Source: a virus | Taxonomy: Duplodnaviria > Caudoviricetes | Reading direction: 5' to 3' (one strand) | IMG/VR virus record: IMGVR_UViG_3300048672_000363 | Span: 1 to 59,518 of that record | DNA length: 59,518 nt | Shown: positions 37,801-44,328 of the stretch, piece after piece | Numbering within the stretch: position 1 is the stretch's first letter | Layout: every line of letters begins with the position of its first letter | Notes under the pieces: generated by a model | What the model was told of the DNA's origin: nothing | The model's input: only the letters and a program-made list of their open reading frames with translations | The model's database searches: none | Translations under genes and position numbers: made by a program

Positions 37801-38193
37801 CAAGGCGGGGTGGACACGGTAGAATTAAAAGAAGTGCCTATCGCCCGTGGTTTTGTGAGAACTGAAAGCATCACAGATTCCCGTGCAGCGTTCTACAAAT
37901 CGGCAACCGAAGCCAAAGAAGCAGCGGCAGAATTCAAAGGCGCGATTAAAGCCAAAGATTTTGAAGCAGCCAAGGCTATGCGAGAAGAGCGCGGCGACCT
38001 AATCGCCCTTGCAAGCTACGCAACAAAAGTGCAAACTATGGCGCGAGCAAAACGTGATATGATTGACGCAATAAAAGCCGACGAATCATTGACATTATCG
38101 CAACAACGTGAGCGCATGAAGTTCGTTGAGGCGCAAGAGCAAGCGGCATATGATACTTTCTTAAAGGTCTTCAATGACAGAGCCTCAAAATAA
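25870..38193 (+). CDS. giant DarB-like polyvalent virion protein (N6-adenine MTase + SNF2 helicase + metallopeptidase-like motif + LPD38-like domain)
   Basis: 4107 aa. MTase motifs ILEPSLGSGNF and IGNPPF. SF2 motifs DHVVGAGKT, VDEMHEFKN, ATGTP and WRPSDLEQREGRGIRQGN. GFYNP..LLRHEIAVH peptidase-like motif. C-terminal VNFNRKG..LYLFFNPSVQG..IPIPYGYG. Confidence 0.9.
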   Translation: MPTPDIDSIINDFDNLDKPQQSPAPVVNGKGLKPKSSGLYEFGKQLVGGAVNAVPEMVSAAGMGLTRSALGEDNEAFRAFESGRIAAKERAKEWAPDLEGRGEVSKAFINAAGAIAPSVAPLVALANPMAAAGGSGLLFGAQAYEDAREKALAAGLSKDEAHSLGMKEAAIQGGGEAVANRLTAGLFGAGKNAAAAGMRGLIGKATEQGVAKQFLKAAAEAAIGEPLTEIAQDTGTAAVERSYGLKTDDYGKIAYDSGTTALAMTAILAPFGLRSHYKNSAQAKSVDTALSDPTAATREQREQVVNDLYSKGKEQGAKDADAWYVGAMQDVAENKPIRRDVVAPVVTPEAEAAAKEQAALGLPTLKDNPAYVFSDGSIGTQADIDNEVAKAAPAEREAKRAEIMAGGRYVDDALNVVPETIDYTKPSKEKAELGLAPKGATITPQQVDIPVIPYVQTPTLDAVRKENPFAGATPQTPLSLAASAAHVSGAIEQAATAATTPTSTPTSTPTSTPTSTPLVGRDAQAAAAYKAQQAADKAQGKQFAADLQAEQRRAKEKATVEAMRAKAAQAKADRAAAAQTQATKAQQTGQLIAQELAKRKAAKEQPQPQGEFIDREEPTTTNPQDLIKPKKGAVQQPQLSASENEVIAKVQTRADQLGAQVKRVGSTKLFGYFVGKKNKGYLNSTESAVYAKQLKANDEANNQPIATPAPTATPAVVDEEYSQQTFVNKTRMTGRMGEPDTHFIIVKKGTGEAVSGEIENTPRNINALNAKKLNREKYEAISLEERQQRMAKEIESGSTAYYTKPPQEAAQAAEPVATVAKQAEKEAEALPIRDVRIGDELLLDGETYKVTGTIKDGVKAERDSGEYQTTVRLVHGDDVIRAKIAAENSAPVEQPEAKAAKESGNANLLEAAKEMGNIEFIGFGDKQKKAEATPASAIESIKESTELSKIEKLQTIAAVNKGELSPSDVQGIIGEQNASDTQAESVPSGTNQADRIGERDGNKSGEHLDAGLGEARQGTDRSGTVRDSIQEPSGTGQASGLAESESPNSTGKTGDAGNDGRVSDAELNHEITEEDSVGSGTKDKKFNDNIEAIKILKELDDENRPATPAERKSLARYVGFGGYASAFDSQNKAFAKHYQTLKGLLNDDEFKSARASVNNAYYTSKTIVDAMYKAVSGFGFNGGRILEPSLGSGNFFGMMPSTMRNASNLRGVELDLLTSKIAKALYPKANVAVATGFQEYQVPSGHFDMAIGNPPFGNESVPTREKTEYSGFSIHNYFISRMIDKVRDGGIVPVIVSHSFMDSLDPKARQYIASKANLIGAVRLPSSAFKENAGTEVITDILFFQKTATPEKNPSWVNSSDIYLTEAKTGTEQRVTENTYFAKNPQNILGEKGLANSQFGFKYNVKSNGDLNKQLASFIESLPKNIYTPIERTTSELDSVDNTIPDGVKQGSFYVAEDGTVKQRGEDIAGEKTATLWTPKNEMAADRMKGMIRLREKLRTLMSLEQDANASEKQIELHRQLLNTSYDNFKKKYGFVNSQLNRILFMDDTEAALLQSIEFDYDKGVSKAVAASRGTEERAPSATKADIMQRRVLFPYAQRTKTTNAKDALLASLDEKGRIDIDYMAELYNKPKDEIVKELGDLVYFDPATDDYVSSDEYLSGDVKSALELAKKSALENPAYNRNVKALEKVIPSDKIPSEIHAPIGAGWIPSKVYSDFVKSLIGGNPKVDYNHVSATGGWVNSGILGNADSAKMNTDFGTEKISAFDIFNLLMDGKSPDLKKTIGSGQDKRTVSDVEGTEAARDKANKIKDAWSTWLWQDGDRSTQLSDIFNEKYNRIINRKYDGQHLVLHGASPVIKMYKHQKNAVWRIVQDGKTLLDHVVGAGKTFVMVASVMENKRLGKARKQLIVVPNHLTMQIRSDFARLYPSANVLAATPEDFSKDNRERMFAKIALGDYDAVIIGHSSLAKIGLSVEIQEQIYGEQLDEITDAIEAAKRANGDRGIVGAMEKIKANLQTKMTKLIDKIGESDKVVTFNELGIDGLYVDEMHEFKNLFFRTSMNRVAGLGNPEGSGKAFDLFAKITWLNKTYNGKAPLVAATGTPVSNSLAEMYTMQRYMQYDHMKAQGTHLFDDWARMFGEVETLYEVSTSGVGYRQSQRFSKFKNLPTLMADYNTFTDTVTLDDLKQNSKDEGKIFPVPKIEGGKPTNIVAERSPDQERYFGIPFVARLEDDNSIIYKINYENAKVEQSKDGKWILSDGRTSSSYETKEEADVALVEGALTPVVEIDPNTLLGKFANLAELTRQSKGKINALSLTSLASKAGLDMRIIDPAMPDFEGSKINKAIGQLMRLYKRFDKVKGTQIVFCDSSVPLSARKAMGAKERRLFVRDDNGDIIHKKGTVNTIEGYEGFPFYLVKTGKGESAKITAYEPVSGSVLFSGVDRKSVMETIDNSLTNERMRERWLDIRGRRPAITEEELAEYREAKELDVAEDGSNEISLDDVEAVSGSSQFSVYDDMRDKLIAQGVPENEIAFIHDYDTPAKKDALFKSMKRGGVRFLFGSTPKLGAGTNVQDLIVGIHHIDAPWRPSDLEQREGRGIRQGNKLAYDENGKPIAGFELFIGRYATSQTYDTRRWQLLQHKATGIEQLRKYDGQLEIDDVAGEASNSADMKAATSGNPLILEETRLNNEVKRLVSLQKAHADSMQSMHRQLNNNKAMVDKILPRNAQELTANIAASEKHPKKTGKDIAQFSSGSSKAKTREAAEKIIKEFAYKLRLGSIISSNVNYRGVDFIVESHRTSEITISAGENTFAVYGLKDDISPSGFITRLDNYIESMGARLSAVNREIEKAQEEIKSVSSRINAPFEELGTLERARSAHAWTRRRLLKSTQLDSIPVNERPAFEREQESRKAELRKRGFGAAIDELEKQSSHEGVKFSKGDTSSNNHTIQSATSSIEQSVSGIEGGAVNAMLQSGKLKVISRAKSRLMIGANRSISDAMIKQGVKTGMWNRVQGFYNPTDGITYVVSENIPKNYTAQQWRGLLRHEIAVHAYYLGKDNAEFAGVLRQVKSLRKIDSRVNAAYVRAEMAKTSADMMDEEALAYLVQHNKDLPLVKRVFAWFKNALRELGLKLPVMQRAPFMKWANSLTVDDLQFMAEQAMSGGQFNPDGEVAFSQATDEEVRETEVPKETRPQIAQRVVQDKMNRFRTIAEWAKTQGKEISEAANVWLHEGNMAAKIANRQEDFNTKVQEPLIARMQKAGYTQAQVEEFMLAQHTAEANKRARLIHRDPNKTAFGVTDEEAAEVLAEYAKTANFKELESIAADTRKITKETQRIQLKFGLKSQEEIDAQNATYEFYVPVKGDGKDNASGTGKGLSVNAKDKRRMGHGLRDEYVLENIFRDHMRAISLSEKNVISGIVAQFLNEIGDARIGTVGQPVKKQVFVDGATHYMVTYHGSDVNGFANLKDARQYIELESARYGRGKADFSIQTTKDAGRVRLVASPMLAENEIIYYQDGKEVRIQLNDATLARAATNLGVEHLGLLLSGAKRVNRFLSIAYTGWNPEFALKNLTRDFIAGAINLAGDYGVGMTAKIYGNYGKAFKELIKHIGDPSKSELLTNYRADGGNTGGAWLPDIERISTEFQAKYNEFAGFMATHQNVYERAIDEGKSKTVAELKAYAAASAAQAKRLPVIGHFLKLMEKVNAVTENSLRLATYMTLRENGFSRAESAKAAKQSTVNFNRKGEIGAQAGALYLFFNPSVQGTARVFETLATSKHKGQAQALVGMMALSAFALAEAMRGGDDDDEDKWKKIPDGIKDRNLVFKFGDTEFMIPIPYGYGVAHTLGNVLSDVMHGENKWKASIRMTDAILGNFSPVGNPFEGGEATPTNLMPTLSKMATAPEMNKNNFGNPIQPDKFNEFAPDSWNMYRKTKGTLYADVAAGMNAMTGGSSYEKGKIDISPEVLRFWVESLTGGTGRFFADTLSLGSVALQGGVDTVELKEVPIARGFVRTESITDSRAAFYKSATEAKEAAAEFKGAIKAKDFEAAKAMREERGDLIALASYATKVQTMARAKRDMIDAIKADESLTLSQQRERMKFVEAQEQAAYDTFLKVFNDRASK
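27367..27420. repeat. perfect 12-bp tandem repeat ACCCCGACAAGT x4.5 (TPTS)
   Basis: Directly visible; in frame within the linker of the giant protein. Confidence 0.95.
28799..29071 (+). CDS. candidate overprinted 90-aa gene nested in the +1 frame of the giant gene
   Basis: GGAG SD 7 nt before ATG 28799. The product MQAIHKRNLYPAEL..ANTWMLGWEKRVKELIAVGQY..HLTPREKREMLG is globular-looking, while the host frame here is a low-complexity linker. Confidence 0.6.
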   Translation: MQAIHKRNLYPAELIKLIESESATGISRANTWMLGWEKRVKELIAVGQYATAFKNQVEQDRQADLPNLSHLTPREKREMLGMTEECPMPS

Positions 38194-38482
38194 AAGCATA
38201 GATGACAAGTGCGATTACTTGCTAAATAACAGAGCGGCATTTGACGCGTTTTTTGAAGCCAGTTGGAAAAAAACCATAGATGATATTAGAAAACCTTATG
38301 GTATAATTCCATTGGATGAATTTATAACTGCATATGATGCAACGATATTTCCGCCAAGTACCGTCAATGAGTTCAATGAGCTTATGCTAAGGGTTCAACC
38401 AAGGCGCACTGGTATTTATTATGCAATCAAGAAGATGTTTAGTGCATTCTTAAAGATATTTAATGAAAGGACAAAGCAATGA
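38174..38482 (+). CDS. hypothetical protein (AT-rich)
   Basis: 102-aa ORF overlapping the end of the giant gene. Confidence 0.55.
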   Translation: MTEPQNKSIDDKCDYLLNNRAAFDAFFEASWKKTIDDIRKPYGIIPLDEFITAYDATIFPPSTVNEFNELMLRVQPRRTGIYYAIKKMFSAFLKIFNERTKQ

Positions 38483-38877
38483 CTCACTTGGAAAATCTCA
38501 CAGGAGTACAACTTGAAGAATCAGGAATGATTGCGGTTGACTTAAATCCTGACGTAAACGCGTCAGAATTCCCAAAGGTAATCGAAATCAGCGAACAGCC
38601 TGAGTTATTTTTGGTTGATACTGGCATTGCAATTGCCCGCGCTGTGACGATTGAACATGAAGACGGCAAGCGCGAAAAGGTTATGGAAGATGCCAACATG
38701 GAAGGGTTCGCGTCAAACAAATGCCCTCTTAGCTTGATCGCTGATATGCTAATGCACCGAATCCAGACCGAAGACAGTCTCTCGCAGTTATACCGTCGCG
38801 GCTTGGCGGCGCGCTTGGAATTACTGCGCATTGTAATCGAGGTGCTTGAAGACAGCGAAGACCAGCAAACCCAGTAA
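38479..38877 (+). CDS. acidic hypothetical protein
   Basis: 132-aa ORF with AAGGA RBS. Confidence 0.65.
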   Translation: MTHLENLTGVQLEESGMIAVDLNPDVNASEFPKVIEISEQPELFLVDTGIAIARAVTIEHEDGKREKVMEDANMEGFASNKCPLSLIADMLMHRIQTEDSLSQLYRRGLAARLELLRIVIEVLEDSEDQQTQ

Positions 38878-38926
38878 ACCCAAAGCGCAGCGTCGAACGA
38901 TGCAGCAATCCTTCTTGGAGTAGTAA

Positions 38927-41827
38927 ATGGCACTGATTACACGGGCAGTAACGAACGTAGGCGCACCACTTTATTCGCCAAGTGGTGCGCTTCTTGTTGG
39001 CGTAGAGGTGACGTTCACCCTTGTTAATCAGCTTGACCAGCCTGTTTCCGTGTTCGATGCCATAACTGGCGAGCGCGTGACGGGGGTAGTGAAAGTTGTC
39101 ACGGATTCCGCTGGTCAATTCACGGCTAATCTTTGGTGTAATGACCGTGGGCAAGAAATCACAAAATATATCTGCTCATACCTTGGAAGCCCGTCTTTTT
39201 CTGCATTCCTTGCTAGTGGCGCAACCGCCCTATCTTGGCAGCAATTCCAAAATCAAGGCGTTATCGTTCCCGCTGTTGGGTCGCCATTGTTTGCAACCAT
39301 TGCGCAAATGAATGATGAGGCACTCGCTAGAACCAATGCGGACGTTGCACTTGGCGCACGAATTGACGCGCTTGCTCTTGCCGCTGGAATAGGCAATCAA
39401 ACCTATTTATCAGCTACGCCACCTACTGGAATCGCCCTCGCTAACGCGGGGAATTTGTGGTTCGATACCGCAAACGGGAATAAGCCATTTAGAAGTGACG
39501 GGTTATCGTGGGTCGCTATTAGCGATACCTCTATCGCAACCGCGCAAGCCGCAGCAAATGCAGCCCAAGCAACAGCAAATGCCGCGCAGATTACGGCTAA
39601 TGCCGCCGAAGTGGCTGGTGTTGCTGCGAACATGGATGCGCAACACTTAGTAAGCCCAACCGTTAAGCACCTGACCGTAGCAGAGCTTGCCGTAGTACAA
39701 GCGACAAGCGGAACAAACACGGGCGACAATGCGCCAAATTCAAACTATGCAAGCGATTATCGTGTTGCGAATTTCATTGCGGGGACGCATTACCTCGCGC
39801 CAAACGGTAGCGCGGCACTGCTAACCAACTTCCCAATCCTAAACCAAAACACAACTGGAACGGCAGCGGGTATTACTGGCGTTTATTCCGGTTCACTTAT
39901 TGCTGGTCAAATTACGGGCGCGCTAGGGTTCACCCCTTATAGTGCATCTAACCCCAACGGGTACACCTCAAACGCCGGAACAGTGACTTCAGTATCCGCG
40001 CTGACAATCGGAACAACTGGCACAGACGTATCATCTACCGTTGCCAATGGGACGACAACGCCAGTCATTGCCTTGCAAATCCCGACGGCATCGGCAACTT
40101 CTCGCGGCGCATTGAGTGCGGCGGACTGGGTGACATTCAACAGCAAACAACCAGCCGGAACTTATGCCACTGGCACGGGTTCAGCAACTGGGGTAAATAC
40201 CGGAGACAATGCCGTTAATTCGCTCTATTCTGGGCTGGTTAGCAATGCAACACATACGGGTGACGCGACTGGTTCAGGCGCATTGACCGTGGTTGCAGTG
40301 AATGGGCAGAACTTAGCCGCGCTTGCAACTGGGCTTTTGAAAAATACAACAGGCACTGGCGTGCCTAGCATTGCTGTTGCCGGAACGGACTACCTCGCGC
40401 CGAATGGGAATGGATCAGCTTTGACCGGAATTACCTCGTCACAAGTCGGGGCTGACGCTTCAGGGGCGGCAGCAAATTCTCAAGCGTTTGCAATCCAGCG
40501 CGCTAACCACACTGGCACGCAATCAGCCGATACACTAACGGACGGCACGACAAACAAAGCGTTCACAGCCGCCGAACGAACAAAGCTATCTGGATTGCCT
40601 ACATCCGTATCCATTGTAAAAACGGCGACAATGTCAGGCAATGCAGGAGCTGTGACAATATCCACGGCGCAACATAACATCGTTGAAATCACTGGCACAA
40701 ACACCGCGCAAGGGAATATCACGGCATCGCTTGATGCGTCTGGCGTTTCTTTCTTGGTGACGTTCGACAATGTCAGTGGTTATGCCAACACAGTAAATTC
40801 CAACTCGTCATGGCTAATTCCGGTCGGGCGTAGCAATTGGTATTACAACGCGTCGCTGGCACAATTCGAGCAAGTAAGCTACACCCAACAACAGGTTGAC
40901 GCTCTGATTACCCAGATTTACACCAATTCCGCGACGTTTTCCGGTGCGGTGACGCTTTCGGGTGGGATGATGCAAGCCCCTCTAACCGTATCAAATGGAA
41001 CTCAAGGCGGCATCGCAACCTACCGTAGGTCTTGGTACGTCCCATCGTCTCCAATATATACACTTGTTGCCGTACTACCTCCTACATCTACCTCCTTGAC
41101 AGGAGATCACACAATTATTGACCTGCTTATGGCAGGGCAGTTTAGCACCGCATGGACTGCTTTAACGGTAAAGATTGCAAACAACAATTCATTTTCTGCT
41201 GAAGTTCTAACATCCGAAAGCGGGGTTAATAGCGTGACTTCTCGTGGAGGGGTTGCGGTTTACACTCAAGCTGACGGCTCGCAAAATGTATATTTATACT
41301 CAACGGGTGCGTCTGCATCGCTATCAATCTTAGCTAGTGTAAAGTCCGGTGGTATTTTTGCTGCTGCGACACTAATTCATCCATCGTCAACAACTGATAC
41401 AACTACAACACCAGCCGGAACGCTGGCATTTAGCACAGTCACGGCAACGCCTCGCCGCTTGATTTCGCCGACCTCAAACCTGAATTCAATTGTTTATGGC
41501 TATCAATCCGGTCAAGGCGGAACTGTGACGCAAGCAACGAGCAAGTCCACTGGTGTCACGCTTAATAAATTTACTGGCGACATCACGCTTAATGCCGCTT
41601 CATTGGCAGCGGGAACGGTGGTGAGCTTTGTGCTAACCAATAGCAACATCGCAGCATCATCGCTGGTGAACGTGGTACATAACTCGGCTGGCACAATGGC
41701 GGGATATACCGTAGCAGCAACACCAGCGGCTGGCAGCGCGACGATTTACGTCCGCAATAACACGGCGGGTGCGTTAGCTGAGGCGATTGTGCTGCGCTTC
41801 GCCATTACACAAGCCCAAACAGCATAA
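38927..41827 (+). CDS. tail fibre / receptor-binding protein
   Basis: 966 aa, T/S/A/G-rich, with a short coiled coil (AQAAANAAQATANAA), repeated GxNTGDNA and AGTxYLAPNG motifs and a C-terminal beta domain. Confidence 0.8.
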   Translation: MALITRAVTNVGAPLYSPSGALLVGVEVTFTLVNQLDQPVSVFDAITGERVTGVVKVVTDSAGQFTANLWCNDRGQEITKYICSYLGSPSFSAFLASGATALSWQQFQNQGVIVPAVGSPLFATIAQMNDEALARTNADVALGARIDALALAAGIGNQTYLSATPPTGIALANAGNLWFDTANGNKPFRSDGLSWVAISDTSIATAQAAANAAQATANAAQITANAAEVAGVAANMDAQHLVSPTVKHLTVAELAVVQATSGTNTGDNAPNSNYASDYRVANFIAGTHYLAPNGSAALLTNFPILNQNTTGTAAGITGVYSGSLIAGQITGALGFTPYSASNPNGYTSNAGTVTSVSALTIGTTGTDVSSTVANGTTTPVIALQIPTASATSRGALSAADWVTFNSKQPAGTYATGTGSATGVNTGDNAVNSLYSGLVSNATHTGDATGSGALTVVAVNGQNLAALATGLLKNTTGTGVPSIAVAGTDYLAPNGNGSALTGITSSQVGADASGAAANSQAFAIQRANHTGTQSADTLTDGTTNKAFTAAERTKLSGLPTSVSIVKTATMSGNAGAVTISTAQHNIVEITGTNTAQGNITASLDASGVSFLVTFDNVSGYANTVNSNSSWLIPVGRSNWYYNASLAQFEQVSYTQQQVDALITQIYTNSATFSGAVTLSGGMMQAPLTVSNGTQGGIATYRRSWYVPSSPIYTLVAVLPPTSTSLTGDHTIIDLLMAGQFSTAWTALTVKIANNNSFSAEVLTSESGVNSVTSRGGVAVYTQADGSQNVYLYSTGASASLSILASVKSGGIFAAATLIHPSSTTDTTTTPAGTLAFSTVTATPRRLISPTSNLNSIVYGYQSGQGGTVTQATSKSTGVTLNKFTGDITLNAASLAAGTVVSFVLTNSNIAASSLVNVVHNSAGTMAGYTVAATPAAGSATIYVRNNTAGALAEAIVLRFAITQAQTA

Positions 41828-41837
41828 GGAGCATAAA

Positions 41838-42092
41838 ATGCCAAGAGTCGCTATCAGGACAATCACCTACGACAAATTACTGGACGATAACCTTAATCAG
41901 GTTGGTGTGTCAGTCACGGTGTCATGGGTTGCGCAGAAGTTAGATTACAATGCGCAGCCGTGCGGCATTGAACCGATCAAAACGCATTCATACAGCAAAG
42001 ACCAAGTTGATTTATTCGCGGCAGACTGCGCAGCGTTTGGCACGCCCGATGCCGAGCGCGATTTAATCCTGTCTAGCGTGGGGTGGCGGTAA
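41838..42092 (+). CDS. small protein after the fibre (possible fibre chaperone)
   Basis: TAAGGAG RBS before ATG 41838 (MPRVAIR..). Confidence 0.6.
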   Translation: MPRVAIRTITYDKLLDDNLNQVGVSVTVSWVAQKLDYNAQPCGIEPIKTHSYSKDQVDLFAADCAAFGTPDAERDLILSSVGWR

Positions 42093-42253
42093 TGTGTGAT
42101 TACAAATTTGATGATGATGACAAAGTAGAGTGGGATTTAGTTGTCCTGTCGTTCTTTGTAATGCTTGTGGTTGCGGGTATGGCGTTCTTTGTTGGAATTG
42201 AAATCGGGAAAGAAGACGCACTGGAAAAGGCGAGGTACTCATGCTCAAAATAA
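42092..42253 (+). CDS. small single-TM membrane protein (53 aa)
   Basis: Manually read MCDYKFDDDDKVEWDLVVLSFFVMLVVAGMAFFVGIEIGK.. Confidence 0.5.
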   Translation: MCDYKFDDDDKVEWDLVVLSFFVMLVVAGMAFFVGIEIGKEDALEKARYSCSK

Positions 42254-42441
42254 AGCTCTTGTTTGCCATTGTAGGCGTTTCGCTAATCACCTACGGCGTG
42301 CTTAAATCTTACGATTGCGGACATTCAGCAGGTTGGGAAGCGCGGGACATAATCGCGGTAAAGCAATTCGCTGAAATTCAAGCGCATAATCAAGCTGAAT
42401 GCGCTGCAAAGCTGTGCGCATTCGCCAAGTGCGCGCCATGA
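42241..42441 (+). CDS. N-terminal TM protein, possible i-spanin-like
   Basis: TM segment followed by YDCGHSAGW and a short helix; GAGG RBS; lysis-region position. Confidence 0.4.
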   Translation: MLKIKLLFAIVGVSLITYGVLKSYDCGHSAGWEARDIIAVKQFAEIQAHNQAECAAKLCAFAKCAP

Positions 42442-42445
42442 AGGG

Positions 42446-42829
42446 GTGAAAATGCCGGAAAAATACACAAAATTACTCGACATTCTCTTAATGGCTGGTG
42501 CTGGGGTGCTAATTGCTCTGTCGGCATGGCTTGGGAAGGCAAAAAAGGTAAATACAAAGCCTTCGGCGCGTGAAAAATTACTCACAAGTGCATTATTCGG
42601 CATCGCCGCGTTTGCGATCATGCTTGATTATTGTAGGGATTCTGTAGGCATTCCGCTTGGTGTTGGAATGTTTGTGGCGTTTTTCAGTGGGGTTTTGATC
42701 CCAGTAGGGTTTAGGGTGATTCGATATGCAGAGGCGACACTTGAGGTCGCAATTAGCACAAAAGCTGGCGTTAAGAATGAGGACGTAATCGCCATGCTCA
42801 ATGAAAATAAACAAGACGAAAAGAGTTGA
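42446..42829 (+). CDS. holin-like protein (three hydrophobic segments, charged C-terminus)
   Basis: Three TM-like segments; N-terminus MKMPEK with GTG 42446 and ATG 42452. Confidence 0.55.
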   Translation: MKMPEKYTKLLDILLMAGAGVLIALSAWLGKAKKVNTKPSAREKLLTSALFGIAAFAIMLDYCRDSVGIPLGVGMFVAFFSGVLIPVGFRVIRYAEATLEVAISTKAGVKNEDVIAMLNENKQDEKS

Positions 42830-43293
42830 CACGGACAAGGCAAATAGACATAATTCGTTTGCGTTTCATGCGCAATCTCCTCCTCCCCCTAGCCGAAAGG
42901 CTGGTTGACCCACCAGAGCATCGGTGGGTATTTTTTTATATGCTCACAATAATTAGATTCTTCATAAATCACTTCAACGACCGCGAATTTATTGCATCGC
43001 GCCAATTCCTAGACACCGAAGCATGGCACAAGGTTCGGAATTCTGCGCGGGTAAAAAATCGTAGGCAATACGGAAAATTGACTTGTGAGGCGTGCGGTTT
43101 CAGCGATGGATCGGCATTGTGTGTTGACCATATTTTGCCTAGAAAGCACTACCCAAGACTAGCACTCTTTGGCTTCAATTTTCAAATGCTTTGCGATTAC
43201 TGCAATGAGGTGAAGGGGAGCGAATACTCTGACGACTTTAGGTCGTGGTGGAGGTATCCGCTCGCTGTGTTTATTGTTGCTATTTTACGGTAG
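42826..43293 (+). CDS. HNH endonuclease
   Basis: CEACG..LCVDHILPR..NFQMLCDYCNEVKG; true start uncertain. Confidence 0.85.
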   Translation: MTRTRQIDIIRLRFMRNLLLPLAERLVDPPEHRWVFFYMLTIIRFFINHFNDREFIASRQFLDTEAWHKVRNSARVKNRRQYGKLTCEACGFSDGSALCVDHILPRKHYPRLALFGFNFQMLCDYCNEVKGSEYSDDFRSWWRYPLAVFIVAILR

Positions 43294-43516
43294 TGGCGGT
43301 AGATGCCAATCCTAAAGGTACGCCGCTTGCTGGATATTCCGTGTATGCTTCTTCAAAGACATCTTTTGGAGACCAAGACTGATAGCCGTCTTGATATTCG
43401 ACTAAATACCCATCACCTGTTTTTTTACCACCGACATCGCGTTTAAGCAATGCTTCCGCAGCATCGCGGGTCATAGGCTTGGCTTTAATTACTTTTGTTC
43501 CGATGTATTGTTTCAT
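43280..43516 (-). CDS. conserved small phage protein (YIGTK..GYLVEYxDGYxSWSP family)
   Basis: MKQYIGTKVIKAKPMT..GDGYLVEYQDGYQSWSPKDVFEEAY; start at ATG 43516. Confidence 0.75.
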   Translation of the reverse strand: MKQYIGTKVIKAKPMTRDAAEALLKRDVGGKKTGDGYLVEYQDGYQSWSPKDVFEEAYTEYPASGVPLGLASTATTVK

Positions 43517-43627
43517 TTTTAATACCCTTTCAAAATTACCACGGAATCCGCCGTAGATACGGTGTTGCAACATGTTAAAATCACGCTTCCCCGCGACGCT
43601 TAGAGCATAGTCCTGAAATTGTATAGG

Positions 43628-43954
43628 CTATGTGCTGGATTGCTCATGTGGTCGGTGCAACTCGCGGGACTTACCCTTTTTATCATTGCTTTTCCCGAAA
43701 TAAGGCAGCCAAATTGAAGTTATACGCTTGCCTGTATATCCGCATTCTTTGCACCCACTCGCACCATGTCCGCACGCGTAAGGCATCGAACACTCACACG
43801 AACAGCCAGAACATGCGCTAGTAAATGTGCAAAGTTCAAAAATCTTCGCGCCAGAATCATGTGGAGACTCATTATCGTGAGACGCGTATTTTTTTCGCCT
43901 GTCAACTCTAGAACCATGTAGCCGCTCTGCGTCTGCAATTGATAGCTGTTTCAT
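43628..43954 (-). CDS. Cys-rich putative zinc-binding protein
   Basis: CSGCSCEC..GCKECGYTGK. Confidence 0.65.
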   Translation of the reverse strand: MKQLSIADAERLHGSRVDRRKKYASHDNESPHDSGAKIFELCTFTSACSGCSCECSMPYACGHGASGCKECGYTGKRITSIWLPYFGKSNDKKGKSRELHRPHEQSST

Positions 43955-44328
43955 TATTGAAAATCCTCATAATTTAAGTCAATACAACGCTGCAACATAT
44001 AAGCACCATGACCAGCAACAGCTTTTCGCGTGCTTCGATAACCATTGAATCCTACTTGATCCATTGATTGATCACTAAGCTTAACGATCCGCTTCTTTAG
44101 ATTCTCAACATCTTTTTGCGACATCTTAGCCTTTTTTTCAACTACAGCGTGCGCGGTAGAATCAACTTTTCTTCTTCGTTCGATAGCTTCGCGTTCTCCA
44201 ACTCTTCGCAACCCAAGCTGCTTAATAAGCGCGCTTCGCTGAAGAATCCCAAGCTTATTGAACTCCTCCATCTTCAAATGTTGCCAGTCGCAAACAAGAA
44301 ACGTGCCTTTGATTACCTCGTTATCCAT
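43954..44328 (-). CDS. hypothetical protein
   Basis: 124-aa ORF, translationally coupled. Confidence 0.6.
   Translation of the reverse strand: MDNEVIKGTFLVCDWQHLKMEEFNKLGILQRSALIKQLGLRRVGEREAIERRRKVDSTAHAVVEKKAKMSQKDVENLKKRIVKLSDQSMDQVGFNGYRSTRKAVAGHGAYMLQRCIDLNYEDFQ

Noticed and set aside
42826-43293. HNH as an intron- or intein-encoded homing endonuclease
   Set aside because: It is free-standing and interrupts no visible gene; no intron or intein signatures were seen in terL or the capsid gene.
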